Shown piece after piece: positions 32,101-46,578 of a stretch of 64,000 nucleotides of DNA. Every line of letters begins with the position of its first letter. The first letter of the stretch is position 1. Both the position numbers and the translations under genes were made by a program. The notes beneath the pieces were generated by a model. That model ran no database searches, was not told where the DNA came from, and saw only the letters and a list, made by a program, of their open reading frames with translations. Origin of the DNA: the human T2T-CHM13v2.0 reference genome, Homo sapiens; the NCBI RefSeq assembly GCF_009914755.1, contig NC_060934.1. One strand, given 5' to 3'.

Positions 32101-33459
32101 ATGGATCTTATTAGCATTTACTCCATTAGAGATAAGCCACACTCACAAATGTCTATACTGGAAGCCCTCCTGAACCTTAGGCTTCCTCTGGGGCTATTGA
32201 AATAAACATCTCCAAGATGCTTAGAAGCCTCAACATTTAACAAAGATCTGCAAAGAGCATCCTTCAAATTCTTATAGGACTTTTTATCTTACTAAACAGT
32301 TCCCTGAGACATTGCTTTAGGTTTCTTTATACTCTGAACAAAAGATTTTACAGTCATACCATCTGCTTCATCTTTAGATCATATTTTTCCTCAGAGTGCC
32401 CTAGATTGATATATGCCTAAAAGTCATTTCTTAATTTTAGCATTGTTTGCCATCTGTAAATCTTGGAATAAGAAACAATTTTAATTTCAAACCCATCATG
32501 TTCTGCAATTTTAAATTCTTCACAGTTCTTCCTTTAGCTTTTCTTTCTGCTCTTGTATTTTACTATGAACAGCAAGTAGAAGACAGGCGATACATTTAAC
32601 ACTTTGTCTTGATATCCTCTTAGCGAATTCTTCCAGTTCATTGAGCATATTTAAAATTTTCCATTCTACCCCAGTCGACAATACAAATAAGCTTCCCATC
32701 AGTCAACAATATGTCCTCTTTTTTTCAGCTTGCAGTAACATTTTCTTTACTTTTATTTAATTTCCCACTTTATATCCTCATTGAACACCATGCAGTTTCC
32801 ATTAAATGTCTCTAATGACATTTAGGTCCCACTAATAACTTCCTCATAGTCTTTTCCGCTCTTCTCAGCAAACTATCACCATATTTTTAGGTTTTTGTGA
32901 TGGTGGCACCTCATTTTCGATGATCAAAACCTGTATTTATCTACTGTTGTGCAAAAAAAAAAAAAAAGTCATCCCAAAGCCGATTGGATTAAAACAACAA
33001 AAGTAATTTTTTATTTCAATTGGTTTCTGTGGGTTAGGGATTCATTTTCAACATGGTTGGTACACTCTGGCTCAGGGTCTTACCTGAGATTGCAGCCAGA
33101 TGTAGGCTAGAGCTGCAGTCATCTGAAGGCTTGACCGGGGCAGTGGATTCAGTTATAAAGGCTCTCTTACAAAGCCGGTAAGTTGATGCTGGCTATTTTA
33201 TCCTTTCTATATTGGCCTCTGCATGGGGCTGTTTGAGTGTCCTCTCTATCTGGTGGCTCACTTCTCTCACAGTGAGAAATCCTAGAGAAAATGGGACACT
33301 GCAACATCATTTATGATCTTCAGAAGTTAAACACCACCACTTCTGTAGAATCTATATTTACACAAGTCCACTCTAATTCAATGTGAAAGGAACTATACAA
33401 GGTTATGAGTACAAAGAGATGAGGATCAATGGGGACAATATTAGGGGATGGGAAATACA
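29137..33459 (-). mobile_element. Two-LTR MLT1 (F/G/H-like) MaLR element: LTR 29137-~31435 (split by THE1), internal region, LTR 32932-33459
   Basis: Two homologous LTRs (GGTTTCTGTGG, TTGCAGTTAGATG/TTGCAGCCAGATG, CTGCAGTCAT, AAGTT(A/G)ATGCT(A/G)GCTATT) bracket MLT1-int-like sequence. Confidence 0.72.
29386..31161 (-). mobile_element. THE1 (B/C-like) element: LTR 29386-29740, internal region, ~110-bp LTR remnant
   Basis: THE1 LTR and THE1-int sequence; 5-bp TSD GCTAG (29381-29385, 31162-31166). Confidence 0.92.
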
Positions 33460-33464
33460 GATAA

Positions 33465-33840
33465 GGGTTTGTATACAGAAATGTATTTGAACTTGTCAGC
33501 AGGAACAATACCTGTGAGGGAAAGAAGAAACCAGCATTAGACAGAAGGAACAGTTTAACAGTGACCCCAGCTAAACCCCTGGAGAACTCCAGAGCTGCAA
33601 AACTTTTCAGATGTGTCCTGAATTAAGGACAAATTTTATATACCTACATCAAGCAGTCACTGAATGTGAATTCTCCCTGGAGAGTTGCCCCAACCTTGAG
33701 CAAGCCATTATATTAATCCAATGGTGATTCTTAGGAAGTGAACAAGCTCTGGACTATCAGAATGCAATATTCTTGGCAAGAGAAGGAGTAAGTACTCAAT
33801 ACTTGAGAGTCTTTGTGGTTTACCACAGCAACCTCTACAC
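33465..33840 (-). mobile_element. LTR16-like ERVL LTR
   Basis: AACAATACCTGTGAGGG, CCCCTGGAGAACTCCAGAGCTG motifs; family from memory. Confidence 0.45.
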
Positions 33841-34621
33841 GATGAAAGTTAGAAGAAAACCGATGAAAATTTATTTTAGTTTGGAAACTAAAATAAAATG
33901 GTTACTAATTTCAAATTCCATATTCAGTAAAAAAATATATTTTACCAATGACAGGAAAATATGCATATTTTCAGACAAACAAAATTAAGGGATTTTTTTT
34001 ATATAAGGTCCTCACTAAAAGTAAATTAAATAAATATCTTCAGCCAGAAAGAAAACATTCCCAAATAGAAAGATAAAAATCCAGGAAGGGAATAAAGAAC
34101 ACCAGAAAGAGGAACTAAATTGGTAAATATAAATGATAATTAATTATACAAAACAATAGTCATATGTGATCTGAGGCTTAAATTATATGTAGAACAATTT
34201 CACAAAAGTGGGAGATAGGTAATAGTAAAGGTAACAATTTGTAATAGTTTATTATAAGTCAAGGCTATATATTATGCATCTAGGAGAACTGCATAAATAG
34301 TTAATGACATATGCTTACAAGATAATAGAAAGTGTAAATGAAATAATCATTTAAAAAGTTTTAGTTCTTAAAAAGGAAAGAAAAATAGAAAAAGAAGTAT
34401 AAAACATATGACCCCAATAGAAAATGGATAGCAACAATGTATATATAAACTCAATAATGTTCATAATTACATTAATTGTAAATGATCTAAATACACCGAG
34501 TAAAGTCTTATGTTGGTCAGATTGGATTGAACAACAACAACTATATTGTGATCACAAGAGTCATGCTTTAAATATAAAGACACAGAAAAGTAGACAATAA
34601 GAGAACCAAAAAAATGCCATA

Positions 34622-37600
34622 TGTGATGGTTAATTTTAGGTAATTTCCCATCAACCTTAATTACAAGGCATGGTAGTACTAAGAGATGCCCTAAGGGATC
34701 TTCTGTATTCCAGGCATACTTTCTTTACTTCTAGTGTGGAGTAATAGTCCAATTTCTCCTTGGTAGTCTGGATCAATTACTCCAGACTACCACAATTCAT
34801 AATTCCATAATTCCCTTCTTAGCCAGCTGACTCAGAGGCATCAGGAGCCCAAAGTGGCTGGGTGACAGTCTTAACTTCCAGTTTAATGGAATCATTGTGT
34901 CTCCCTGTGGCAGACTTCCTCCCTCTGGAAATAGAATCTGTAGGCCAGCAGAGCATAAAGTTGTGAGAACAGGAAATATGCAAAGGTGGCATATTCATCC
35001 CCATTCAATTCTCCTATTTGGCTTGTGTAAAGACAGATGGATTCTGGAGAATGACTGTGAATTATCATAAGCTTAGCCAAGCAGTGACTTCAATTGCAGT
35101 TGCCCTACCAGATGTGGTTCCATTGCTTAAGCCAATTAACACTTCTCTTGGTAACAATAGTGTGCAGCTATTGATCTTGTAAATGCCTTTTTATCCATAC
35201 CTGTCCATAAGGCTCATCAGAAGCAGTTTGCTTTCATCTGGCAAGGCCAGCAATACACCTTCACTGTCATACTATGGGGGTATATCTACTCTCTAGTCTT
35301 ACGTCATAATTTAGTTGGCAAGGATCTTGGTTGCATTTCCTTTCCGCAAGATATCACACTGGTCCATTACATTGATGACATTATGCTGATTGGACCTAGT
35401 AGTGAGCATGAACTAGCAACTACTCTGGACTTACTTGTAAGACATTTGTGTGTCAGACCATGGGAAATTAATTCTACTAAAATTCAGGTGCCTTTTACTT
35501 CAGTGACATTTCTAGGGTCCAGTGGTGTGGGGCATGTCAAAATATCCCTTCTAAGGTGAAGGTTAAGTTCTTTCATCTGGCCCCTCCTAAAACCAAGAAA
35601 GAAGCACAATCCTAGTGGGCTTATTTGGATTTTGGAAGCAACACATTTCTCATTTGGATGTGTTATCCTGGCCCATCTATTGAGTGACTAAAAAAGCTGC
35701 AAGTTTTGAGTGGAACTCCAGGAGAAGGCTCTGCAGTCTCCTGGAGCAGCAGGAGCTCCAAGCTGCTATGCAAGCTGCTCTGCCACTTGGGCCATATGAT
35801 CCAGTATATCCAATGGTATTTGAGGTGTCAGTGGCAGACAGGGATGCTGTTTGGAGCCTTTGGCAGACCCCTATAGGTAAATTGTAGTGGAGACTTTTAG
35901 TCATTTTGGAGCAAGCCCCTGGCATCATCCTAGATAACTACTCTCCTGTTGAGAGACAGCTCTTGGCCTGCCACTGTGCTTTAGAAGAAACTGAATGCTT
36001 GAACATGAGTTATAAAGTCACTACATGACCAGAGCTACCTATCTGGGTGTTATCTGACCCACCAAACCATAAAGTTAGGTGTGCACAGCAGCACTCTATC
36101 ACCAAATTGAAGTCGTATATATTTGATGGGGCCTGAGCAGGTTCTGAAGGCACAAGTATGTTACATGAAGAAGTAGCCCAAAGGATCATGGTTTCTATTC
36201 ATACTACACAGCTTTTTCTCTCCCAGCCTACACCCATGGCCTCCTGGGAAGTACCCTATGATCAGTTGACAGAGGAGGAGAAGACCAGGGCCTAGTTTAT
36301 AGATGGTTATGCATGATATGCAGGTACCACCTGAAAAGGGACAGCTGTAGCATTACATCCCCTCTCTGGGACATCTCTGAAGAAAAGTGGTGAAGAAAAT
36401 TCTTCTCAATGGGCAGAACTTCACCTGATTGTGCACTTTGTTTGAAAGTAGAAATGGCCATATGTGCAATTATATATTGACACACAGGCTGTAGCTAATG
36501 ATTTTGCCAGATGGTCAGGGACTTGAAAGGAAGGGGATTGGAAAATTGGTGAAAAGTAATTTGGGGAAAACATATAGGGCTAGATCTGAGTGGGCAAAAG
36601 ATGTGGAGATATTTGTGTCCTACGTGAATGCTCACCTTCTCAGCAGAGGACTTTAATCATCAGGTGAATAGGATGATCCATTCTGTGCATACTAGTCAAT
36701 CTCTTTCCTCAGTCACTCCTATTATAACACAGTGGGCCCATGAACAAAGTGGCCATGGTGGCAGGGATGGAGGTTATGCATGTGTATTAGTCTGTTCTCA
36801 TGCTGCTAATAGAGACATACCAGAGACCGGGTAATTTATAAAGAAAAGAGGTTTAGTGGACTCATGGTTCTACATGGCTGGGGAGGCCTCATAATCATGG
36901 CAGAAGGCAAAGGAGAAGCAAAGGCTCATCTGTCCTACGTGGCAGCAGGCAAGAGGGAGCATGTGCAGGAGAATTCCCCTTTATAAAACCATCAGATCTT
37001 GTTAGACTTATTCACTATCATGAGAACAGCATGGGGAAAACCCATCCCCATGATTCAATTACCTCCCACTGGGTCCCTCCCATGACATGTGAGGATTATT
37101 ACAATTCAAGGTGAGATTTGGGTGGGGACAGAGAGCTAAACCATATCAGCATGGGTTCAACAAAGTGGACTTCCACTCACTAAGGCCAACTTGGCTATTG
37201 CCACCTCTGAGAGCTCAGTCTAACAGCAGAGACCAATACTGAGTCTTCAATATAGCATCATTTCCTGGGGTAATCAGTCAGCTCTCTGGTAGCAGGTTGA
37301 TTACATTGAACTGCTTCCACCATGGAAGGGGCAGCATTGTGTGCTTGCTGGAATAGACAGTTACTCTGGATATGGATTTGCCTTGCCTGCACACAATGCT
37401 TCTGCTGAAACTACCATCTGTGAATGCCTTATCTATTGTTATGGTATTCCACAGAAAGAGCACTGCTTCTGATCAAGGAACTCACTTCATAGACAAAGAA
37501 ATGCAGAAATGGGCTCATACTCATAGAACTCACTGTTCTCACCATGTTCCCCATCATCCTGAAGCAGCTGGCTTCACCCAGAACAGTAGGATGGCCTTTT

Positions 37601-39455
37601 GATGTCACAGTTACAGTACCAGCTAGGTTATAATAGTTGGCAGGGCTCAGGCAAGGTTCTCCAGAAGGGTGTGTATGCCCCAAGTAGCATTCACTATAGG
37701 GTACAGTTTCTCCACAGCCAGGATTCATGGGCCCAAGAATCAAGGGGTGAAAATGGGAATGGCACCACTTACCAATGCCCCCAGTGACCTAGTGGAAAAA
37801 TATTTGCTCCCTGTTCCCATGACCTTATGCTCTGCTGGCCTACAGGTCTTAGTTCCAGAGAGAGGAATGCTGACACCAGGAGACACAACACTGACTTCAG
37901 TGAACTGGAAGTTTAGACTACCACCAAGCAACCTTGACCTCCTCATGACTGAGTCAACAGGCTAAAGGAGTTACAATGTTGACTAGAGGAATGATCCAGA
38001 CTACCATGGGTAAATTGGTAGTCCTTACCTCTAGGAAGGTAAGGAAGGGTGGGATATAGGAGATCCTTTAGGGCATCTCTTATTATTATCATGCCCTGTG
38101 ATTAAGGTCAATGGGAAATTACAGCAACCCAATACAGGCAGGACTATAAATGGTCCAGACCCTTCAGGAACAAAGGTTTGTGTCACCTCACCATGTAAAT
38201 ATCCACAACCAGCTGAGATACTTGCTGAAGGCAAAGAGAATACAGAATGGGTAGTAAAAGAAGGTAGTTATTGAAACCAGCTATGACCATGTGACCAGTT
38301 ACAGGAACAAGGACTATAACTGTCATGAGTATTTTCTCCTTATTTTGTTAAGAATATCTTTGTGTATATTATGCATATATTAAGCAAATATGTTTTCACT
38401 CCTTTCTTATTCCTTTTTCATGTAACGTAAGATATATTAACTTTACATAAGTCTTTAAGTATTGTTAATTTTACATCATAGTATTTAAGTTACATCAGGA
38501 GAAAAGTAAACATCATCCAAGGACTTTACCTCCTCTCTGGGCAGGGATTAGTGCATTTATGGTTGTATATAGGATAATTTTATCATGTTAGGTGGAATTA
38601 TTCCTTTTTATTATCTTTATTTGCAGGTTAAGTATAGTTCAAGGGTATGCATAAGGCTATCAAGTTAACAAAGGCTGGACTTGTCATGGTTCATTTTAGA
38701 TGTCAACTTGACTGTATTAAGGAATACCTAGAGAACTGGTAAATCATCACTTCTGGGTGTGTCTGTGAGGGTGTTTCCAGAGGAGACTGCTGTGTGACTC
38801 AGTGGACTGAGTAGGGAAGATCTGCCCTCAAAGTGGCTGTGTGTATATGCACCATCCAATCAGCTGGCGGCCTAGATAGAACAAAAAAGGAAAGGACAGA
38901 ATTTCCTCGATGTTTCTCCTGGAGCTGGGACACTCTCTTCCTCCTGCCCTTGGATATCAGAACTGCAGGCTCTCTGGCCTGAGGACTCCAAAACTTACAT
39001 CAGCTGCTTGCTAGGTTCTCAGGCCTTTTGCCTTGGACTGAAAATTACACCATAAGCGTCCCTGGTTCTGAGGCTTCTGGACTTGGCTAGAGCCATGTTT
39101 CTGGCATCCCAGGGTCTCCAGCTTACAGACAGCCTGTCATGGAACTTCTCAGCTTCCATAATCATGTGAGCCAATTTCCCTAATAAATCCCCTTTCATAT
39201 GTTTCTATGTATGTTCTATGGCACACAATGCTTCTGCCAAAACTATCATCCATGGACTTACTGAATGCCTTATCCACTGTTATAATATTCCACATCCCAT
39301 TGCTTCTGATCAAGGAACTCACTTCACAGACAAAGAAGTACAAAAATGGGCTTATGTTCATGGACTTCACTGTTCTCACCATGTCTCCTATCATCCGGAA
39401 GGAGCTGGTTTCATAGAATGGTGGGATATCTCTCTAGAGAACCTTGACTAATACA
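34622..39455 (+). mobile_element. Rearranged ERVL provirus with MLT2 LTRs: RT, RNase H, integrase and dUTPase remnants
   Basis: RT motif LVHYIDDIML (YIDD at 35368-35379), integrase SDQGTHF, dUTPase-like ORF 37669-37965, 3' LTR 38682-39455, 5' LTR stub TGTGATGGTTAATTTTAG, TSD CCATA/CCGTA (34617-34621, 39456-39460). Confidence 0.9.
36783..37148 (-). mobile_element. THE1 (C/D-like) solo LTR inside ERVL pol
   Basis: TGTATTAGTCTGTTCTCATGCTGCT...AAACCATATCA; TSD GCATG (36778-36782, 37149-37153). Confidence 0.93.
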
Positions 39456-39495
39456 CCGTATAAACACAAAAGAAAAGGAAGATGGTGTGCCTATA

Positions 39496-39914
39496 TAGAC
39501 AGTTCTTGAAGATGATGGTTGAACTTATTATTTTTTTTTTACTTTACAATGGTGCAAAAGTTATATACATTCAGTAGAAACTGTATTTTGAATTTTGATG
39601 TTTTCCTGGGCTAGTGATAGGCAGTATGAAACCCTTGCGATGCTGGGCAGCAGCAGTGAGCTGCAGCTCCCAGTCAGCTATATGGTCACGAGAGTACATA
39701 ACCATACCCTACAGTGTACTGTGCTGCCAGATGATTTTGCCCAACTGCAGGCTAATGTAAGTGTTCTGAACATGTTTAAGGCAGGCCTGGCTAAGCCATG
39801 AAGTTCAGTAGGTTGGATGCATTAAATGCATTTTTGATTATCAAATCAAAATATCAATTTTCAAGTTAGAATGGGTTTCTCAGGATGTAACCTCATCCTA
39901 TGTTGATGAACATC
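39496..39914 (-). mobile_element. MER47-like (Tigger-derived) DNA transposon
   Basis: AGATGATTTTGCCCAACTGCAGGCTAATGTAAGTGTTCTGA...TTAAATGCATTTT...GATGTAACC. Confidence 0.75.
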
Positions 39915-40050
39915 ACCAAAATCAGACAGTCAATTTAATGCAAAAATAATTACTATGAAGATGGAAATTTCATAAACATAAAAGGGCCATTTTAGCAGGA
40001 GGCAAACACATCCCAAATCTGTATAAACTCCATAACAGAGGTTCAAATAT

Positions 40051-40402
40051 TACTATGGTTGAAATGTTTATGTCCCCCCTAAAATTTATTTGTGGAAACC
40101 TAATCACAAATGTGATAGTCAGGGGTAGGGTCTTACGGAGGTGATTAGTTCATAAAAGCATTGCTCTCATGAATGAGATTAGTGCCCTTATAAAAGAGGC
40201 CCAGAGAGCCCCTTTGCCACTTCCATCACATGAGAACAGAGTGAAAAGGTGTTATTTATGAGGAAGTGGGCCCTTACCAGACACCAAATCTGTGAATGCC
40301 TTGATCTTAAACTTCCCATACTCCAGAACTATGAGAAACAAATTTGTTGTTAATAAGCTACCCACTTTATCGTATTTTGTTATGGCAGCCCAAACTAAGA
40401 TA
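40051..40402 (+). mobile_element. MLT1A-like solo LTR
   Basis: TACTATGGTTGAAATGTTTATGTCCCCC...ATTAGTGCCCTTATAAAAGAGG...GGCAGCCCAAACTAAGA. Confidence 0.85.
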
Positions 40403-41560
40403 AATGTTAAAGCAAAAATTGGCTGAATTAAAGGAAGCTCATAAAATAGTCTAGAAAAAAATCTAGAAACATAAAACAACACAATTGAGCAATTTGGCTT
40501 TACAAAATACTGCATCAAACAATGAACCTTCTTCTCAAGTGCAAATGGATCTTTTGCCAAAATCATAATAAAAGGCTTAGCAAATTTGAAAAAATCAGAA
40601 TCATTCACAGTGTGCTATCTTTCAAAAATAGAATCAAGGCAGAAAAAATAACAAAAAGTAACTAGAATGATGCCAACTGTTTGATAATTAAACAATAAAC
40701 TTCCAAATAAACCATCGATAAATAAATCAAAATGGAAATTAGAAAAATTTTGACTAAATCATAATAAAGATACAACATATAAAAAATTATGGGACTCAGC
40801 TAAAGCTGTGCATAAGCAGAAATATATTGCTTTAAATGCATGTATTAGGAAAGAAGAAAGAAATTAATCATTTAACTTTCAATCTCAAGAAGCTAAAAAA
40901 AGAGAAATTAAATTTAAGGGCAGTAGAGAAAAAAATAAAGTTAAAGCAGAAATCAGTGAAAGGCAAAACAAACATATAATTAATAATATCAGCAATAGCG
41001 ACAGTTGAATATTTGTAAAGATTAATAAAATGTATAAACCCAGAACAAGACTGCTTAAGAAAAAGGAGAGATGGCACAAACTACCATTATCAGGAATAAA
41101 AAAGGGATATTAATGCAGATCCAACAGAGAAAAGAAGGATAATAATATTTTAATTTAGTACCAATTAATTTGACAATTTGGGTGACACAAACAAATTCCC
41201 AGAAAAATACAACTTACCAAAACTGTGAGCAGTAGAAAATCTGAATAGCTCAATATCTATTAAAAATATTTAATCCACTATTTAACAATCTCCCCTAAGG
41301 AAAACTCTAGAGTCACATGACTTTACTGGTAAATTCTTGTGAAAATTTAAAGAAGTAATAACACAAATCTTGTGAAAACTCTTCCATAAAACAGACAGAG
41401 ACAACTGTTTCTCTCATGTATCTTTTATGAGACTAGTACAACCACAATTCCAAAACCTGACAAGTATATTCTAAGAAAGAGAATTACAGGCAAATCTCAC
41501 ATAAACATAGTGTAAAAATCTTTATCAAACTATTAAACTACTGAATCTAGATATTTTATA

Positions 41561-41584
41561 TGTGTGTGTGTGTGTGTGTGTGTA
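41561..41584. repeat. (TG)12 microsatellite
   Basis: Seen directly. Confidence 0.9.
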
Positions 41585-41651
41585 TTATATACATTGAACT
41601 TCCCTTTGGAACACAATATTGGTTTGACATTTAAAAATTAACACAATCACA

Positions 41652-42114
<463 letters not shown>

Positions 42115-42183
42115 TTATAAAAACCCAATAGCAAACATCATATACATGGTGAAATACTGAAAATGTTACTTCTAAGACTGTGA

Positions 42184-42517
<334 letters not shown>

Positions 42518-43946
42518 TACATTCAACATTTTACTGGAGGTCCCAGCCATTGCAATATATTTTTTTAAAAAAATTAGGATTTGAAAGGAAGTAATAAAGC
42601 TGTCATTATTTGTAGATATAATTAGTATATGCTAAGAAAATTCAAAAGAATAAACTATTTGGTCTAATAATTGAATCTACAATGTTGCTTAATACAATTT
42701 TATTATTTAAAAATCACTTATATTTCTACATACCATCCACAAACAAATAGAAAATTATATTTTAAAACATGCTATTTATAATATCATCAAAATATAAACT
42801 ACATAGGAACAATTCTAGCAAAAGATTTGCAATACCCCAACATTGAAAACTATAAAAATCCTTGAGGAAAAACTAAATAAACTTAGATATAAACTTTTAA
42901 TATTTAGAAACTGAATACTGTAAAGCCATCAATTCTTCCCAAATCAATCTATAAACTCAACACTATCCCAGTCCAAACCCTACCAGGATTTTCTTTTCTT
43001 TTCTTTTTTGGCAGAAGTTGACAGACTGATTCTAAAATTTATATGGAAATTCAAAGGGCTAAGAGTATTCAAGGTAACTGAAGAGGAAGAGCAAAGCTGG
43101 ATGATTTATTCTACCTGAGAACAAAACCCATCATAAAGCTAGCATTGAAGACCTCACAGTATTGGCACAAGGATTGATAAACTAACCAATGCCCTATATT
43201 AGAGAATGCGCACATGCATGGCCACCTAAGTCAAGATGAAGGCCACAATACAGTGGGTGAAAGAATCCTATTTTCCATAATCATTGATGGATTAATGAGA
43301 TATATGAGAAAAATATATCCAGACCCCTTTCTATACCATTGCTCAAAATTCCATATGGATTGCAGATCTAAATATGAAAAATAAAACAATAAAGCTTTTA
43401 GAGGAGAACATAGGAAGACAACTTCATGACCTTGGAGTAGGTAAAGGTTTCTTAAACCTTTACCTAAAAGACATAAAAGGCACTAACCCTAAAGGGAGGA
43501 TTCCCATATATATATCTGACAAAGGACTCATATATAGAATACATAGAAAATGTTAATCAATAGAAATAATATAGGTGACAAGAGAAAAAATAAAGGATCT
43601 GAACAGACACTACAAGAGGATATGCAAACATCAAAAACACATGTGAAAAGTGACTTCCACTTCATTAGCCATCAAGAGCACGTAAATTAAACCACAGTGA
43701 GATACTACTGCTCACCTATAAAAATGCTAAATTAAAGTCAGAAAGTTTCAAGAGTTGGAGAGATTATGCAGCATTTGGAATTCTTATACATTGCTGGTAG
43801 GTTTGAAAATTGATATAACATTTTTGAATACTATTAGGCATTATCTGCCAAAATTAAACATATGCATATTTTATGAACTAGCAATTTCACTCCTGGGTAT
43901 ATACACCACAGAGATATGTACATATGCTCACCAAAAGACATATATT

Positions 43947-44403
43947 TGTGTGGAAATAAATGAAGATCATGCAAATAAGAAGAAGCAAAGGCTATTTACC
44001 CAGAGCTTGCTCTAGCAAGGGAGTCAGCCACCCTCATTTGTGTTTAGCTGAGACTCAAAGGCAGGCAGAGGACCAGGAAAGCTTCATAATGGAAAAAAGA
44101 GGATTCGACTATGCCCTGACTAGAGGTTGCTCAAATGGAGAAGCTGGAGGTGGGCTAAGTAGAAGTGAGGCATACTATTTGATCGTTTAGATGAGCATAC
44201 TTGGCTTTCTCTGGTTGGTCCTAAGTTATAAATAGGGCAAAAAATTAGGGAAACTGATAGTTAAGGTCAACTTGTGGCCACTTTGGGGCCAATTACTACA
44301 CAGGCTGTGATTTAGCATCCTGGAATGAGGGCTACCAATGTAGGTCAGGGTTCTGTTTTTATATAAGGTCTGGCAGTTATCTGTTTATATATTCAAAGAC
44401 TCA
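43947..44403 (-). mobile_element. ERV solo LTR inserted in the L1 3' region (family uncertain)
   Basis: Non-L1 block with TG...CA ends; the L1 sequence resumes after it. Confidence 0.55.
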
Positions 44404-45519
44404 ATGGAATTTTCCTATAAATTTTTCACAATAATCCTAAACTGGAAACTACCCAAATTCTCATCATTAGCATCATGTATAAATAAGTGGGACACATTCA
44501 CACAATGAAATACTATACAGCAATGAGAATGAACAAACTACAACTACATACAACAATATGGATGAATCTCATAAACATAATGTTGAACAAAAGTCAGACA
44601 CAAAGAGTACATACAATAGGATTCCATTTATTCAAAACACACAAAGGCAAGCCTAATCTACCCTAATTTACGCTATTAGAAGTCAGGATGATGGTACTTT
44701 TGAGGGGAAGGGTAAATACTTGATAGCAATACACAGGAGTGTTCTGGGAAACAGAAACTCGCTCTGTTTTTTGATCTGGATGCTGGTTACATGAGTGTGT
44801 CCAGTTGTAAAAGTTCACTGGGACTTATGAAAACTTTGTGTATGTATGTTAGTTTCCAATACAAATTTTAAAAGAATCTAACAACTCATTGGTAAAAATT
44901 ACTCCAATTAACATTCAGGTATCTGCATTTGGGTATAATGTTAAAAATGATTCATATTATACTGTTGAGTTAGGAGTTTCACTAGGTTTTAATGTACACC
45001 ATGTGTTTTCTTTATATACAGGAGAAAAGTCTATGTATATTTTATTTTCAAGTTCAGTTTCTCTTTCCTATAGTTACAAGGGCTCTCTTTTCACTCTCTG
45101 CTACTAAAAAAAATGTAATTCTCACCTAAAATAGTAGAATAAAAATGCCTATGTATTTTGGTCCCAGAAAATGGACCCTATTTTGACAGAGCATCAGTTC
45201 CATAATTTATTCTTCAAGTAATTATATAATTCAAACTAATTATTTAGCAATCTTCATATTTTAACTGTATCTTTTTTTCTGTATCTTTTATTCCATACCA
45301 ACATGCTTTCTAGCTCTCCCACAACCACTTTGCTTAGGGGAGGTGTGCCAAAGATTTCTCTTCACATTATAAACTATCAAGAAAGGAAAGGGCTTTAAAA
45401 TTCGTAAATGATAAGCACCGAAAACCTTCTGAACATCAGTCATTTATTGCATGTTCAACAATTAGTTTTTGAGGGTCCCCAAGATGCCAGGCAAGGATCT
45501 AGGCACTAAAGATACAACA

Positions 45520-45770
45520 GAGTAATGGCCAAGCACATAGGTTCTTAATTTAGGTAGGCAGCGTTCAAATCCTAGCTATATAACTCACTATCTTTTTAAA
45601 AATTACCTAATTGCTTTACTTCTCTATGACTCAGTTTACTCATTTATGAAAGAGGGATACAAGTAACACCTTTCTCCTAGCTTTATTAGGAAAGTTAAAT
45701 GGCATATCATGTGAAAACCATTTAGAATCATCCTTTGCACACAATAAGGACTTAATACCTGTCAGTTGTT
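45520..45770 (+). mobile_element. MIR
   Basis: GTTCAAATCCTAGCT, CTCAGTTTACTCATTTATGAAA core. Confidence 0.7.
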
Positions 45771-45791
45771 ATTACAAGAGGAGATGACATT

Positions 45792-46169
45792 TGTTATGGT
45801 TTGGATATAGTTTGGCCCCAGCAAATGTTAAAATCTGATCCCTAGTGTCGGCGGTGGGGCCTACTGGGAGGTGTCTGGGTCATGGGGCAGATCTCTCATA
45901 CCGACTTGGTGCCCTCCTTCAGAAAATGAGTGAGTTCTTACTCTATGAGTCTGGCACCTTCTCTGCCCCTCCAACCCGCCCATCATGTGATCTCTGCACA
46001 CGTTGGTTCCTGTTCACTTCTGCCATGAGTGGAAGTAGCCCAAGTCCCTCCACAGAAGCAGATGTGCTCCTTGTACAGCCTGCAGAACCGTGAGCTAAAT
46101 AAAACTCTTTTCTTTGTAAATTACCCAGCCTCAGGTATTCCTTTATAGCAACACAAATGGACTAACACA
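45792..46169 (+). mobile_element. MSTB-like solo LTR
   Basis: TGTTATGGTTTGGAT...TTACCCAGCCTCAGGTATTCCTTTATAGCAACACAAATGGACTAACACA. Confidence 0.88.
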
Positions 46170-46285
46170 ACACCTAACAATTTTGACCAATCACCTATTG
46201 ACAAACTTCTCCACCATCACCATGACTGCCTTCCATGCCCTCTTCTCCAGCCATGCAATCCATCTAGCAAGGAAATGACAAATGA

Positions 46286-46578
<293 letters not shown>

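Noticed and set aside
34990-38290. ERVL pol/dUTPase as an intact or domesticated gene
   Set aside because: Many stops and frameshifts plus a THE1 insertion; no ORF longer than ~105 aa.
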